From assembly GCA_965226495.1 (NCBI GenBank), contig OZ245365.1, positions 3,872,001 through 3,936,000 on the forward strand: a stretch of 64,000 bases of DNA, in the 5' to 3' direction. The notes under the pieces were generated by a model. That model made no database searches. It saw nothing but the letters and a program-made list of their open reading frames with translations, and had not been told where the DNA came from. Of this stretch, positions 1-10,350 are shown piece after piece; the first letter of the stretch is position 1, and each line of letters starts with the position of its first letter. Both the position numbers and the translations under genes were made by a program. Origin of the DNA: Candidatus Marinacidobacterales bacterium. Lineage in GTDB: Bacteria > Acidobacteriota > Vicinamibacteria > Marinacidobacterales > DATDRI01.

Positions 1-1016
1 AGAACCTGATTTCCAGTTTGGCCTATGCGAGCCTTCTCCATAATGATGTCCTGAAGTCGATTGCCCGCGCGTTGCCCATCAACCAGTCCGGCAGGCGCCT
101 CCGATTCACCCGGCAGAAGAACATAAGCGTTGTGCTGCGTATCGGTCGCGAGGCCGAGGTAACGGATACCGAAGTCGCAATGTAGGAAGTCGCCACGTTC
201 TATCACGTCGTAGCCCGGCTCGCCCTCTTCCGGTAGCTCGCCACGACGCTGGGTGGAAACGGATGGATGAAACCACTGCCCCAACCCGAGCTCCGCGACT
301 CTTTGCCTCATCCACCACTCGACATCGGCGGTCGTCGTCTGCCCGGGAACGATGACGCGATTCGAAAAAGCCTCCCGAATGATTTGATGCGCCACTCGCA
401 TGACGTGCCGGTACATGTCCGTCTGCTCGGGCAGCTTCACCTCGATCCATCCCACCGCAAGGTTCTCGGCCGAGACGACCCGGCCCGCATACTTGGGAGT
501 GAGAGCGTCGATCAATTTTTCGTGTTCGGTAAAGGTCAATCCGTCTCCGTGGTACCAAATGTCCGAGGTATTGATCCCGATGACCTCAGGGTCGCGTTCC
601 TCGACGACTTGACGAAGTCCCTCCCACTGTTCGTCATTCTTGGTCTTGTGCACTTCGAAGAGGCCCTTGTAGTCGAAGCGCCCAATGGAAAGCCGCTCCA
701 CAGACTGCTCACCTTCCCGGTCGAAGAAGACGAGGATGGTTCGCCGACGAGACGCATAGGTGGTGAGCGGAGCCATGGATCGAAAAACCGGATCGTCGTT
801 GTACTCCCGCGACGCGATGATCCACATGTCGATCCCCTCGCGGCGCATGAGTCCTGGTAATAACGTGTCGAATCGTTTTTCGATCCAGCCATGCACGATG
901 GGCGCCTGCTCACGGTGCGTAAGCACACGATTCTCCCGCAGCGCCTGACTCGCGGCCGCACCAGCGACCATCAGGCTACCGGCGAACACCACGGAAATCT
1001 TCAGCAAATTACACAT
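1..1016 (-). CDS. Xaa-Pro aminopeptidase, M24 family, secreted; runs off the left edge of the window
   Basis: Not in the ORF track because there is no stop in the window. Manual translation from ATG 1016 (GGAGG RBS upstream) gives MCNLLKISVVFAGSLMVAGAAASQ (signal peptide) then LLPGLMRREGIDMWIIASREYNDDPVF, typical of this M24 subfamily N-terminus. Confidence 0.8.
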   Translation of the reverse strand, partial: MCNLLKISVVFAGSLMVAGAAASQALRENRVLTHREQAPIVHGWIEKRFDTLLPGLMRREGIDMWIIASREYNDDPVFRSMAPLTTYASRRRTILVFFDREGEQSVERLSIGRFDYKGLFEVHKTKNDEQWEGLRQVVEERDPEVIGINTSDIWYHGDGLTFTEHEKLIDALTPKYAGRVVSAENLAVGWIEVKLPEQTDMYRHVMRVAHQIIREAFSNRVIVPGQTTTADVEWWMRQRVAELGLGQWFHPSVSTQRRGELPEEGEPGYDVIERGDFLHCDFGIRYLGLATDTQHNAYVLLPGESEAPAGLVDGQRAGNRLQDIIMEKARIGQTGNQV

Positions 1017-1077
1017 GAAAAGCCTCCTGCGGACGATTGCGCGCAGAGTCTAGCACGGTTGAAGTATCCTTCCGCCA

Positions 1078-2403
1078 ATGGGCCCCCCTCTCTATCGCTT
1101 GCTACTTCCCTTGGGCCGCGCGCTAGTTTGGCTCTTCTTCCGAAAAGTGGAAGTACGCGGACGAGAGCACGTGCCTCAGAAGGGCCCCATCGTCGTCGCG
1201 TCGAATCATCCCAACATGCTCATGGACGCCATCCTCCTCGGCACGACCCAACCGCGGGCACTGAGCTTCCTCGCCAAAGCAACCTTGTTCAGCAGTCCCC
1301 TACTGGGACACTTTCTCGCGGCGGCCGGCGTCCTGCCGGTTTACAGGAGAAGCGACAACCCCGAGGAGACCGGCAAGAATGAGCTCACCTTCGGGGCCTG
1401 CTACGAGCTTCTCGAGGCTGGCGGCGCCCTCGCCATTTTCCCCGAAGGCGTCAGCCACGAGCGGCACGCGGTGCTTCGATTGAAGACCGGGTGTGCGCGC
1501 ATTACGCTGGAAGCCGAGGAGCGAAACGACTTCGGCCTGGGCGTCAAGATCCTCCCCGTGGGTCTCTACTTCTCCGATCCTTCCATATTTCGGAGCGACG
1601 TCCTCGTAGCCTACGGCCCCACCATCGATCCGAAGGAGTATTTCGATGGTTATCGCTCCGAGCCCCAAGAGACCGTCCGCGCGCTCACCACCGAGCTCGG
1701 GCGCAAGCTAAGAGAGCTTACGCTCCACGTACCGCAGTCCGGGGACGAGCCTCTCTTGAGCGCCTTGCGCCAGATGTTTCGCGCCGGGGACGGCATGAGC
1801 AGTCGCCTCGAGGTCGATCAAGAGCTCGTCAAGGCCATCAAACACTTCAGCGTCCATGATCCCGATCACTATCGCCGTTTGCGCGAGGACGTGCTTCGTT
1901 ACGTTCGGTTGTTGGATGCCTTTGGATTGGAGCACTCTCAAGTGAAGCGGCGCTACCCAATAGGACCGGTGCTCCGCTACATGCTGCCGAGGGTGGTCGT
2001 GGCAGCACTGGGCCTTCCCGTTTTTCTGTACGGTGGGGTCAACAACTTCTTGCCGTACAAAACACCTGGCTGGCTCTCCCGTCTGGTTACCAAGCACCCT
2101 GTAGAAATCGCGACCGTCAAGTTCGTCGCCGGACTCTTGAGCTTCCCACTCTTCTACGCGCTACAAACCTGGGCGGTGGGTCACTTGGCCGGGCTGGGGA
2201 CAGGCATCATCTATTTGGTTTCACTTCCGGTGACCGGTCTGATGGCTCTCGACTACCAAGAGAGGATGTCCGGCTTTTTCGAAGAGGTGCGGCTCTTCTT
2301 CATTCACCTGTTCAAGCGTGACGAACTAAGCCGGCTCCAGGCGCGACGCGAAGCCATCAAGCGTGAGCTCAGGCTCTACCGCGAGGAATATCTGAGCCTA
2401 TAG
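1078..2403 (+). CDS. Glycerol-3-phosphate / lysophospholipid acyltransferase (PlsC-like domain plus C-terminal TM helices)
   Basis: NHPNMLMD (HxxxxD) and FPEGVSH motifs; hydrophobic C-terminal region. Confidence 0.9.
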   Translation: MGPPLYRLLLPLGRALVWLFFRKVEVRGREHVPQKGPIVVASNHPNMLMDAILLGTTQPRALSFLAKATLFSSPLLGHFLAAAGVLPVYRRSDNPEETGKNELTFGACYELLEAGGALAIFPEGVSHERHAVLRLKTGCARITLEAEERNDFGLGVKILPVGLYFSDPSIFRSDVLVAYGPTIDPKEYFDGYRSEPQETVRALTTELGRKLRELTLHVPQSGDEPLLSALRQMFRAGDGMSSRLEVDQELVKAIKHFSVHDPDHYRRLREDVLRYVRLLDAFGLEHSQVKRRYPIGPVLRYMLPRVVVAALGLPVFLYGGVNNFLPYKTPGWLSRLVTKHPVEIATVKFVAGLLSFPLFYALQTWAVGHLAGLGTGIIYLVSLPVTGLMALDYQERMSGFFEEVRLFFIHLFKRDELSRLQARREAIKRELRLYREEYLSL

Positions 2404-2505
2404 CAACTCGAGTAACCAAACGTAACAACCCCTACCTATTACATTCTCGCTGCGCTTTGGGCGACTCTCCCGCCGTCTCTCGAAGGAGGCATCGTTTTAA
2501 AGTAA

Positions 2506-2835
2506 CTACTCGAGCACCTTGCCACGAGTCTCGGGTAGGAACGCTGCCAACGCCGCAGAGAAAAGAAACGCCGCTGTCGTCATATTGAACGCCGTCCCTA
2601 GCCCATAAGTTTTCGCCAGCGTCCCGACCACGAACGGAGCCGCGGCGCTCGCGATGCGTCCAATGTTATAGGTCAATCCCTGAAACGTAGGGCGGAGTGA
2701 AGATTATCCCGATGCCGATGTGCTCCTCTTCGGTCCGTTCTCGCGAGCGAAGCCAAATCTCTGGTTCGGGAACGCTCCTCCGAATCCAAAGTGTGACCAA
2801 GGCGGGAACAATGCCGACGAAGAACACCGCTCTCC
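2506..2835 (-). pseudogene. MFS transporter remnant with internal deletion
   Basis: Minus strand reads RAVFFVGIVPALVTLWIRRSVPEPEIW (end of MFS N-half), joined out of frame to LRPTFQGLTYNIGRIASAAAPFVVG...LPETRGKVLE-stop (last TM helices). No start codon or N-terminus is visible. Confidence 0.75.
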
Positions 2836-2979
2836 GTTCTGTCAGAAAAAGTGTCCCGCCGTAGGCCTTTCACTACGGCCAATCGGCCTTCGACGCTCAG
2901 TCTCAGCGGTAAGCTCTTACAAAGACTACCTTTGGTCCGCCGCACCCACGGCATAAAGCTTGCACCATTTCCGGCAAGA

Positions 2980-4890
2980 ATGCCGGCCGCACGTCTAACC
3001 AAAGTCGGGAAGTACAACGTCCTATCGGTCTTGGGCCACGGTGCCATGGGCGTCGTGTATCGCGCCGTCGACTCGGGCCTCGGACGACAAGTCGCCATCA
3101 AGGCGATGTCTACCGATCTCCCGCCCGACTCCGAGTTCAGGCTTCGTTTCGTTCGAGAAGCGCGGGCGGTCGCGCAGCTCCAGCATCCCAACATCATTAC
3201 GATCCACGAGCTGGTCGAAGAGGACGGCACGCATTACATCGTCATGGAGCTCCTCGAAGGTGCTTCACTCAGCACACTCATGCGGAAACGACCGCTGGAT
3301 CTGGCGGAGAAGCTCTCCATCCTTCGCCAAATCGCGGCCGGACTCCAGTGCGCGCACGAAGCCGGGATCGTTCACCGCGATCTTAAACCCAGCAATTTCT
3401 TCGTGCTGCGAAACGGTGTCGTCAAGGTCCTAGACTTCGGCGTCGCCAAGATAGGCGAAGGTGAGCTGACCCGCGCGGGGACGGTTTTCGGAACCGTCGA
3501 GTACATGTCACCGGAGCAGGTACGCGGGGAGTCGGTGGACACCCAAGCCGATGTCTTCTCTCTCGGCGTCGTGGCCTACGAGCTTCTCACCGGGCGTAAT
3601 CCCTTCCGAGCCGAGACACTCGCCGCGTCGGTCTTCAAGATCCTTTCCGATGAGCCGGGGAGTATTACAAAGCAAGCCGAAGGTATAACGTCGGGACTGG
3701 AAGACCTCGTCTTTCGCGCCATCGCCAAGAAGACGGCAGCGCGATTCGGGAGCATGGCGGAATTCAGCGAAATCCTGGACGCTGTTGCTCAGGACGCTGG
3801 GGTCGAGCCACGTCCTCCGGTGCTCGCGGATGACGACATCGAGACCGGAAAGGATCTGGTACCGGAGCACGCCCTTACTGCCGATCCGGTCGTCAATCAG
3901 TGGTCGCGTGTCGCCGAGGTCGCCGGGCAACTCGAAGAGGTCTACCAGCGAGGACTCGATCAATTCAACGCTCAGGATTACGAGGGCGCCGTCCTTATGA
4001 TGAGCCAGGTCCTAGACGAAGTACTAGTCCACTCGATGGCGCTTCACTATCTATCTCAGAGCGAAGAGAAACTCCGGCAGAAAAGGTTGGATGAGGGCAA
4101 ACACCAAGAAGCGAAGATCTTGCTGACCGCGATGAGGGACGCACACCGGCAAGGCGCACCCCAAGAGGTCATCGAGATGGTGACCAAGGTCCTCGCGGTC
4201 GATCCAGAATCCATGGAGGCGAGGTGGTACCGGCGCGCCGCGGAAACCAGGCTCACATCTTCGTCTCGCTCACGGGCCGGTTCGGTCGTCTCACCAAGGA
4301 AGGTCCGCAGCCGATTGCAGCAGCAGGCCGCCGCCGACTTGAAACCGACTCTCGTCGTGCCGGCCATGGCTCCCTCCGCGCAGGCGCGCTCTCTCGGTGT
4401 CTGGCTCCTCGGGGGGACGGGCGTGCTCTTCTTGAGTTTGGTAGCGCTCTTCTGGGGCTTCACCGGGAGTCAAGATTCCAAGGCAGCCCCCGTTCCATCG
4501 ACCATTAACTCGCCGTCCAAGGTTCGCGTCTCCGCCTTTGACGACGAGGATGCCGTGATGCTCAATGTGAACCCCAGGAACAATGCTGACGCCACGTCCG
4601 GCCCATCGATCAACAGCGCGCTCCCAAAAGAACTTTCGGTGGGCGTCGAGACGGTTCTACGTGTATTCGGACGGGACTTCGTACCCGGCGCCAGGCTCGT
4701 TTTGATTAAAGGATCGCGAGGGATCGACGTGCTTTCCGTCAACGTGATTAGCGATGAGCTCATCGAGGCCACGCTACGCACTCCAGAGGACGGGGCCGGT
4801 AGGCAGTTCTCCTTGACGGTCTTGAACCCCGAGGGGCGGCGTTCAAACCCTCTTCAGTTGAGCCTCGTCGATCCGATGAGCCTCGATTAG
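2980..4890 (+). CDS. Hanks-type Ser/Thr protein kinase with TPR-like helical region, one TM helix and C-terminal Ig/IPT-like domain
   Basis: LGHGAMGVVY, VAIK, HRDLKPSN, DFG and YMSPE motifs; TM LGVWLLGGTGVLFLSLVALFWGF. ATG 2980 is preferred over the ORF-track start at 2851. Confidence 0.92.
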   Translation: MPAARLTKVGKYNVLSVLGHGAMGVVYRAVDSGLGRQVAIKAMSTDLPPDSEFRLRFVREARAVAQLQHPNIITIHELVEEDGTHYIVMELLEGASLSTLMRKRPLDLAEKLSILRQIAAGLQCAHEAGIVHRDLKPSNFFVLRNGVVKVLDFGVAKIGEGELTRAGTVFGTVEYMSPEQVRGESVDTQADVFSLGVVAYELLTGRNPFRAETLAASVFKILSDEPGSITKQAEGITSGLEDLVFRAIAKKTAARFGSMAEFSEILDAVAQDAGVEPRPPVLADDDIETGKDLVPEHALTADPVVNQWSRVAEVAGQLEEVYQRGLDQFNAQDYEGAVLMMSQVLDEVLVHSMALHYLSQSEEKLRQKRLDEGKHQEAKILLTAMRDAHRQGAPQEVIEMVTKVLAVDPESMEARWYRRAAETRLTSSSRSRAGSVVSPRKVRSRLQQQAAADLKPTLVVPAMAPSAQARSLGVWLLGGTGVLFLSLVALFWGFTGSQDSKAAPVPSTINSPSKVRVSAFDDEDAVMLNVNPRNNADATSGPSINSALPKELSVGVETVLRVFGRDFVPGARLVLIKGSRGIDVLSVNVISDELIEATLRTPEDGAGRQFSLTVLNPEGRRSNPLQLSLVDPMSLD

Positions 4891-4893
4891 CGC

Positions 4894-6736
4894 TCAATAT
4901 CCCACGGCATGCCCGTTCAGATTGCGGGGAGGGACTCCACCCTCGAGACTGCCGCTTTCGGGATCGAGCCGGATTCCGACCCAATAGCCCGAGAACGAGG
5001 CACCCTTAGGGTCAGAAACGATCTCCAAATCCAAACCCATCTCTTGCACGGCGGCCAGAACCTCTTCGGGAAACTCGCCATCGCCTGACGGTAGCCGCAG
5101 GGGTTCCTCCGCGGGCCAGTTTTTTCTGATCTGCGGTTTTTCCGCCGCCGCTTTGGGATCGAGACCGAAATCAAGGACGTTCACCAGAGCTTGCAAGGAA
5201 GCTTCCCAGTATCCAAAGCCGACCGAGCCGCCGGTCAAAAAAGGCTTGCCATCCTTCAGCACCGCAAACGGGTTGTCCCACTCCGGAACTCGACCTCCTG
5301 GACCCACTTGGCTAATGAGCTCTTGCTGAAACGAACCGGAGTCGGGGATCGAAATCCCGTCCACGAAGATGCCGGTGTTGCCCCAGATCGAGCTGTTGAT
5401 GGAATGAATGATGGCGGCCACGTTACCGTACTCGTCCACGGCTGCCACGGCGGAGGTGTGCCCGGGCTTCTTCGGGACCGTCTTCTTGAAGTTCTTGAGA
5501 AGGCTGTCGAGAGCAGCGCCTTCCTTTTGTCGTGCCTCCGCGGCCACTCGTTGTAGCTCGTTCCAACCGGGCTCCTGCATCCGTTTCCATAAGAGCGCGG
5601 CGGTCTCCTTTTTGATCCTGGATTCCGGCGCGAGGTCGATACCAGGAAAATATCGATCGAGAAGCTCCCGAGGCACGGTGCTTCCCGCCAAGGGGGGACT
5701 CAACAGGTCCGGCAGGCGGCTGATCTGAATGAGCCAATAAAGGGAATCGGCAGATGCGGCGTGATGCCCATGGCTCGGAAGATCGGCAAGCTCCAGGACA
5801 TTGAGGGCCTCGATCGTGTTCACCCCGCCGTAGCTCGGAAGCCCTGGGGCGTAAACTTCGTAGCCGCGGTAGGAAGTTCGAAAGGGCTCCGACCATATGA
5901 CGTCGTAGGCGTCGAGGTCCTCCAGAGTCATCTTGCCGCCTTGTCTGGCCAAGGCCTCGACCAGCTTCGCGGCCCACTCACCTCGGTAGATATAGTCCGT
6001 ACCCTCCTCGGAAACTCTTCGTAGTGTTTTCGCGAGCTCGGGTTGTTTGAAGAGATCTCCCCTCGCATAGAGCTCGCCGTTGTCTTTCGTGAAGATGCGT
6101 TTCGTTGCTGGAAACCGTGTGATCACTTGCTGTCGTTGTTCGATCCTCGACGCCATCTTGGTATCGATCTCGAATCCTTCCTCGGCGAAATAGACCGAAG
6201 GCTCGAAGAGAGTCGCAAAGGGTAACGTTCCGAAACGCAAATGGGGCGGCTGCGACGCCGGCCATGAATCCCGGCACCAGGGTGCCTCGCCCACTGGGAA
6301 CGCCTGGGGATATCGAAAGCGGATCTGTTTCGTCACGGACGGTGTCATACGAGGCGTTCATGGAATGGACCGTCCCGGTCGACGCGTCGTAGTAGATCAT
6401 CACCATCGCCCCGGCGAAACTCACAGCAGCTCCTGCGCCAACCGTAATCTGGGTTAGCGCAGTGGTCATCACCGCGTCCGCGGCGCTCCCTCCCTGTTTC
6501 AACGCTTCGACTCCGGCGCGTACGGCGAGAGCGGAGGAAGTTCCGACCACCATTCCCCGGCGCCCTTCTCCAAGGGGATGCGACTGGTCGTAGGTCTGGT
6601 TCAACTTGATGTATTGCTCCAACTCTCCCTCTAGCCACAGGGCGGGTGAAAGATCGACCGGGCGCGTTGAGTTCAGCCGACAGCTGAGGCTCCAACACAA
6701 TATGAAAACGAGACTCGAGACTTTGAAATGCTTCAA
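4894..6736 (-). CDS. ggt: Gamma-glutamyltransferase family lipoprotein, split by a single-base frameshift near 6243-6246
   Basis: ORF 5978..6736 has a lipoprotein signal (LSC) and GVEALKQGGSAADAV...VPGFMAG. ORF 4894..6348 continues HLRFGTLPFATLFEP...GHTSAVAAVDEYGN with the catalytic Thr. Removing one base of the G4 run joins them. Confidence 0.85.
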
Positions 6737-6944
6737 TGCGTTTTTCCTAATCAGCTTCCAACGTTCATTTCGAGTTGGAAAGACTTTTTTTATCTCCGCT
6801 CACATTCCATGTCAACACGTGCGCTCGAAATCGCTAGCCGTTTTGTCGCGGCTGCGGTTAGAATGCTGCTGGAAACGGCGCACGTCCCTGAAAACCCAAG
6901 CTCAGCCAGAGAAGGTAACAAGCGACAGAAGAAAGGGGCCTGAA

Positions 6945-7733
6945 ATGACGGAAGTGAAGGAATACCTGCCGGGAACTTTTTGTTGGGTCGAGCTCGGCAC
7001 GACCGACGCGGCTGGAGCGAAGAAATTCTACGGCAAACTCTTCGCTTGGTCTCACAGCGACCAGCCCATAGGTCCCGACCTCGTATACACCATGCTGCAA
7101 CTGGAAGAGAAAAATGTTGCCGCGCTGTACCAACTGAACGAAGAACTCCGGGACCAAGGCGTCCCTCCCCATTGGCTATCTTACGTTTCCATCTCTAACG
7201 CCGACGAAACTGCGGCTAAGGTGACTGCCCTGGGAGGCAAGGTCGCAAAGGATCCCTTCGATGTCTTCGACGTGGGACGCATGGCGGTGGTGCAGGACCC
7301 ATCCGGCGCAACCTTCGCGATATGGCAACCCAGGAAACATGCGGGCGCACATATCATCAATCAACCGGGAACGCTTTGTTGGAACGAGCTGATGACGAAC
7401 GATGTCGCCGGCTCCACGAAATTCTATACCGAACTCTTTGGGTGGAAGGCTGACACTCAGAAGTTGGGGCCAGTCGACTACACGACCTTCATGAACGGAG
7501 AGCGGCCCGCCGGTGGCATGATGAAGATCGCCGAAGAGATGGGCGATGTTCCACCGAACTGGCTTGTCTATTTCGCCGTCCAGGACTGTGACGAAACCTT
7601 GAAGAAGGTCGAATCTCAGGGAGGCAAGGTCGCAGCGCCGGCGATGGATATTCCAGAAGTCGGTCGCTTGGCGGTGGTGCAAGACCCACAGGGTGCCTAC
7701 TTCGCATTCATCCGACTCGTGAACCCGCTCTAA
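6945..7733 (+). CDS. VOC / glyoxalase-bleomycin resistance family protein with two VOC domains (CFP32-like)
   Basis: PGTFCWVELGTTD...FYGKLFAW and PGTLCWNELMTND...FYTELFGW repeats; GRMAVVQDPSGA. Confidence 0.9.
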   Translation: MTEVKEYLPGTFCWVELGTTDAAGAKKFYGKLFAWSHSDQPIGPDLVYTMLQLEEKNVAALYQLNEELRDQGVPPHWLSYVSISNADETAAKVTALGGKVAKDPFDVFDVGRMAVVQDPSGATFAIWQPRKHAGAHIINQPGTLCWNELMTNDVAGSTKFYTELFGWKADTQKLGPVDYTTFMNGERPAGGMMKIAEEMGDVPPNWLVYFAVQDCDETLKKVESQGGKVAAPAMDIPEVGRLAVVQDPQGAYFAFIRLVNPL

Positions 7734-9620
7734 TTAGAGACCCACCTTCTCTAGGAGTCGGATAAAGCGCGGGTCGGACCGAAGTGGATCCCAGTCCGGA
7801 TCCGTCTGGAGCGTCGTAATCGGTAGCGACCGGTTTTCGTAGGCGGATTCGAGCCAATCGAGAGCAGCCTCCTTCTCCCCAAGACCAAGGTAGACCCTCG
7901 CGACATACGACGGGGCGACGTACTTGAGCTCTGACAAGCCCTTGAGCTCATCGAACGTCTCCTGGGCCTCCGCGATGTTGCCGGCGGTCGCGAGCGTTTG
8001 CGCCATCAGGCTCAGCGCCAAAGCGCTAGTGCCGGAGACCCTCTCGAGGCGCTTGAAAGTGGCGAGGGCGTCTTGGTAGCGGGATTGCTGCTTAAAGGCA
8101 AGCCCAAGAACCACGCGCGTGATGTTCGACTCGGGAGCCCACTGCAGGATCTTCTCGCACTCGATCACCACCGACATGTAGTCGCGTTGGAGGTAGAGGA
8201 TGACCGGTACCATGACCGACGACGACAAGGACAACTGGTCGAGCTCGCGCGCGCGGCGGGCCTCGGATAGGGCTTCGTCCAACCGACCGCGCACCGTCAG
8301 CAGGCGACCGTACCACTGGTGCGCCCTGGCGCTTGCTGGCTCGATTTGCAACGCACGGCGCACCGCGAGCTCGCCGCGAGACCAGTCCCAACGGAAGAGT
8401 ATCTCGTAGGCTGCGATGGCAAGCTGCGCGTCGACCATGTCGCCATCGAGCTCGAGCGCTTTCTCCGCTGCCTTTTTAGCATCCTCCTCGAGCTCTTGAG
8501 GCGATGCGAAACCCCAGTAGGCGAGCGAAGCGTACGAATCCACCAGGCCCGCATAGGCCGGTGCGTAGTCCGGATCCTGTACCAAGACGTCCTCGAATAA
8601 GTCGACCGCCCGGTTGATGTCGAGCTCGGTTCCCGCATTCAAGTGATAGCGGCCTCGCAAATAGAGCTCGTAGAGGTCGGCATCCGCCATGTAGTGGTCG
8701 ATCCAGTATTCATCCGAGTCCACGAGAAGCTTGACCTGCAGCGCGTTGGCAATGGCTCGAGAGATCTCTTCCTGCACCGCGAAGATTTCTTCTTCGCGCC
8801 GATCGTAGGTCTCGGACCAGAGGTTTGTACCGTCCGCGGCCCGTATGAGCTGTGCGGTGACGCGGAGATCGTCTCCCGACTTCCGAACACTTCCCTGAAC
8901 GATCTGGTCGACACCCAGTCGCTCACCGATGTCCCGAATATCCAGGCTCTGCCCCTTAAACTGAAACGCGCTCGTCCGCGGCGCGACGTAGAGACCTTGG
9001 AGCTGCGTCAAGGTATTCGTAAGCTCTTCGGCGATGCCATCACCAAAGAACTCTTGGTCCTTCATTTGACTCATATCCGTAAACGGGAGGACCGCGATGG
9101 AGCGAATGGCGCCGGGGACAACTGGGGTGGCGGCGGTATCGGGGTCTCGCGAGCTCGATATCCAGAACACCGCGAGAGCAAGAACGACGACGGCTGCCAC
9201 CGACAATAAGATGGCTGCCGATCTGGGTAAGCCTGGGCTCGCGCTGCCACTGGTGTCGCGGACCGCTTCCTGAAATGTCGGCACATAGCTTCCCTTGGGG
9301 AGCGCGATGCGAAGCGGATCGCCACTACCCTCCGTACGGTAATACTCGTTGAGTTTCGTGCGGAGCCGGGTGGCCTGCACGCGAACAATGGTATCGGTCC
9401 GCGGGTCGTAATCTTTCCCTCTTCCCAGAACCTCGACGCCGACGTTGTACTCTTTGAGCTGATCGCCTTCTCCCTCGAGGGTTTGCTCCACGACATACTG
9501 CAAGAAACGCTTCAAGCTTTCCGATTGTGAAAACTCCTGACTGCCCACAATCTTCTCGAGCTGCGCCTGAACAGCTTTCTTGGGAGGCCCGATGTGGCCG
9601 GTCGAGGGGGATTTCGTCAT
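7734..9620 (-). CDS. Membrane-anchored protein: N-terminal wHTH-like domain, TM helix, TolB-N-like domain, TPR repeats
   Basis: LKRFLQYVVEQTL..LKEYNVGVEVLGR..DPRTDTIVRVQATRLRTKL..IALPKGSYVP; SIAVLPF; TPR helices; C-terminal DPDWDPLRSDPRF. Confidence 0.85.
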   Translation of the reverse strand: MTKSPSTGHIGPPKKAVQAQLEKIVGSQEFSQSESLKRFLQYVVEQTLEGEGDQLKEYNVGVEVLGRGKDYDPRTDTIVRVQATRLRTKLNEYYRTEGSGDPLRIALPKGSYVPTFQEAVRDTSGSASPGLPRSAAILLSVAAVVVLALAVFWISSSRDPDTAATPVVPGAIRSIAVLPFTDMSQMKDQEFFGDGIAEELTNTLTQLQGLYVAPRTSAFQFKGQSLDIRDIGERLGVDQIVQGSVRKSGDDLRVTAQLIRAADGTNLWSETYDRREEEIFAVQEEISRAIANALQVKLLVDSDEYWIDHYMADADLYELYLRGRYHLNAGTELDINRAVDLFEDVLVQDPDYAPAYAGLVDSYASLAYWGFASPQELEEDAKKAAEKALELDGDMVDAQLAIAAYEILFRWDWSRGELAVRRALQIEPASARAHQWYGRLLTVRGRLDEALSEARRARELDQLSLSSSVMVPVILYLQRDYMSVVIECEKILQWAPESNITRVVLGLAFKQQSRYQDALATFKRLERVSGTSALALSLMAQTLATAGNIAEAQETFDELKGLSELKYVAPSYVARVYLGLGEKEAALDWLESAYENRSLPITTLQTDPDWDPLRSDPRFIRLLEKVGL

Positions 9621-9673
9621 GGTCGCCTTCGGCGAGGAAAGCGCAAGTATAGCACGGTCTATCTCTTGCGATG

Positions 9674-9694
9674 ACGGTAACCGTTACGTAACGG
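9674..9694. promoter_or_regulatory. Palindromic operator candidate between divergent genes
   Basis: Perfect 14-bp palindrome CCGTTACGTAACGG (9681-9694), overlapped by near-palindrome ACGGTAACCGT (9674-9684). Confidence 0.55.
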
Positions 9695-9867
9695 AAACTC
9701 ACTCCCGCAACGCGATCCCGTAGTGCATCCTGGGCATGCTCAACATCGGAAACGCATCAATGGGCCGGTTCGAGGCTGGCGCTGCAGGTTTGGGGTGGGA
9801 AACAACTTGTGGCTTCGTCCTCGAACCGGCTCTGGATTTTTAGGGGTAGCCCGAAGGGAGACGGGAT

Positions 9868-10314
9868 ATGGCGATGCCGATGACAATCACGACGAATGCC
9901 GAGGAGAGATTGGACAGACTACGCGTGCTATTGGCCGACGACTACCAGCCCATACTGGATTTCGTCCGACACCTCCTAGAACGAAGATTCGACATCGTGG
10001 GGCTCGTGGCAGACGGGGAGTCGCTGCTCGACGCGGCGAAACGGCTCCAGCCCGACATCATCGTCCTGGATGTCACGATGCCACTTCTCACCGGGCTCGA
10101 GGCGGCGGGTGAGATTTCGAAGCGGGCGAACCCGCCCAAGCTCATTTTCCTGACACTGCTCGACGAGCCAGGCGTGGTCGAGAAAGCACTCTCGGTTGGT
10201 GCTTCAGGCTACGTTCTCAAGTCTGCGTTGGTAACCGACTTAGAGAAGGCGATCCAGTCTGCGATCGACGGGCGGGTCTTCGTTTCGCCAGGCATCAAAG
10301 AAAGCTATCACTGA
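9868..10314 (+). CDS. Stand-alone response regulator receiver domain (NarL-like REC, no HTH)
   Basis: RVLLADD, PDIIVLDVTMP (phospho-Asp), LIFLT, GYVLK; the protein ends just after REC. Confidence 0.9.
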   Translation: MAMPMTITTNAEERLDRLRVLLADDYQPILDFVRHLLERRFDIVGLVADGESLLDAAKRLQPDIIVLDVTMPLLTGLEAAGEISKRANPPKLIFLTLLDEPGVVEKALSVGASGYVLKSALVTDLEKAIQSAIDGRVFVSPGIKESYH

Positions 10315-10350
10315 TCCAAGACCATTACGTTCCCTCAACACACCAAAACC

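Noticed and set aside
267-860. 197-aa plus-strand ORF
   Set aside because: Antisense to the M24 peptidase, which has an RBS, signal peptide and family motifs on the minus strand.
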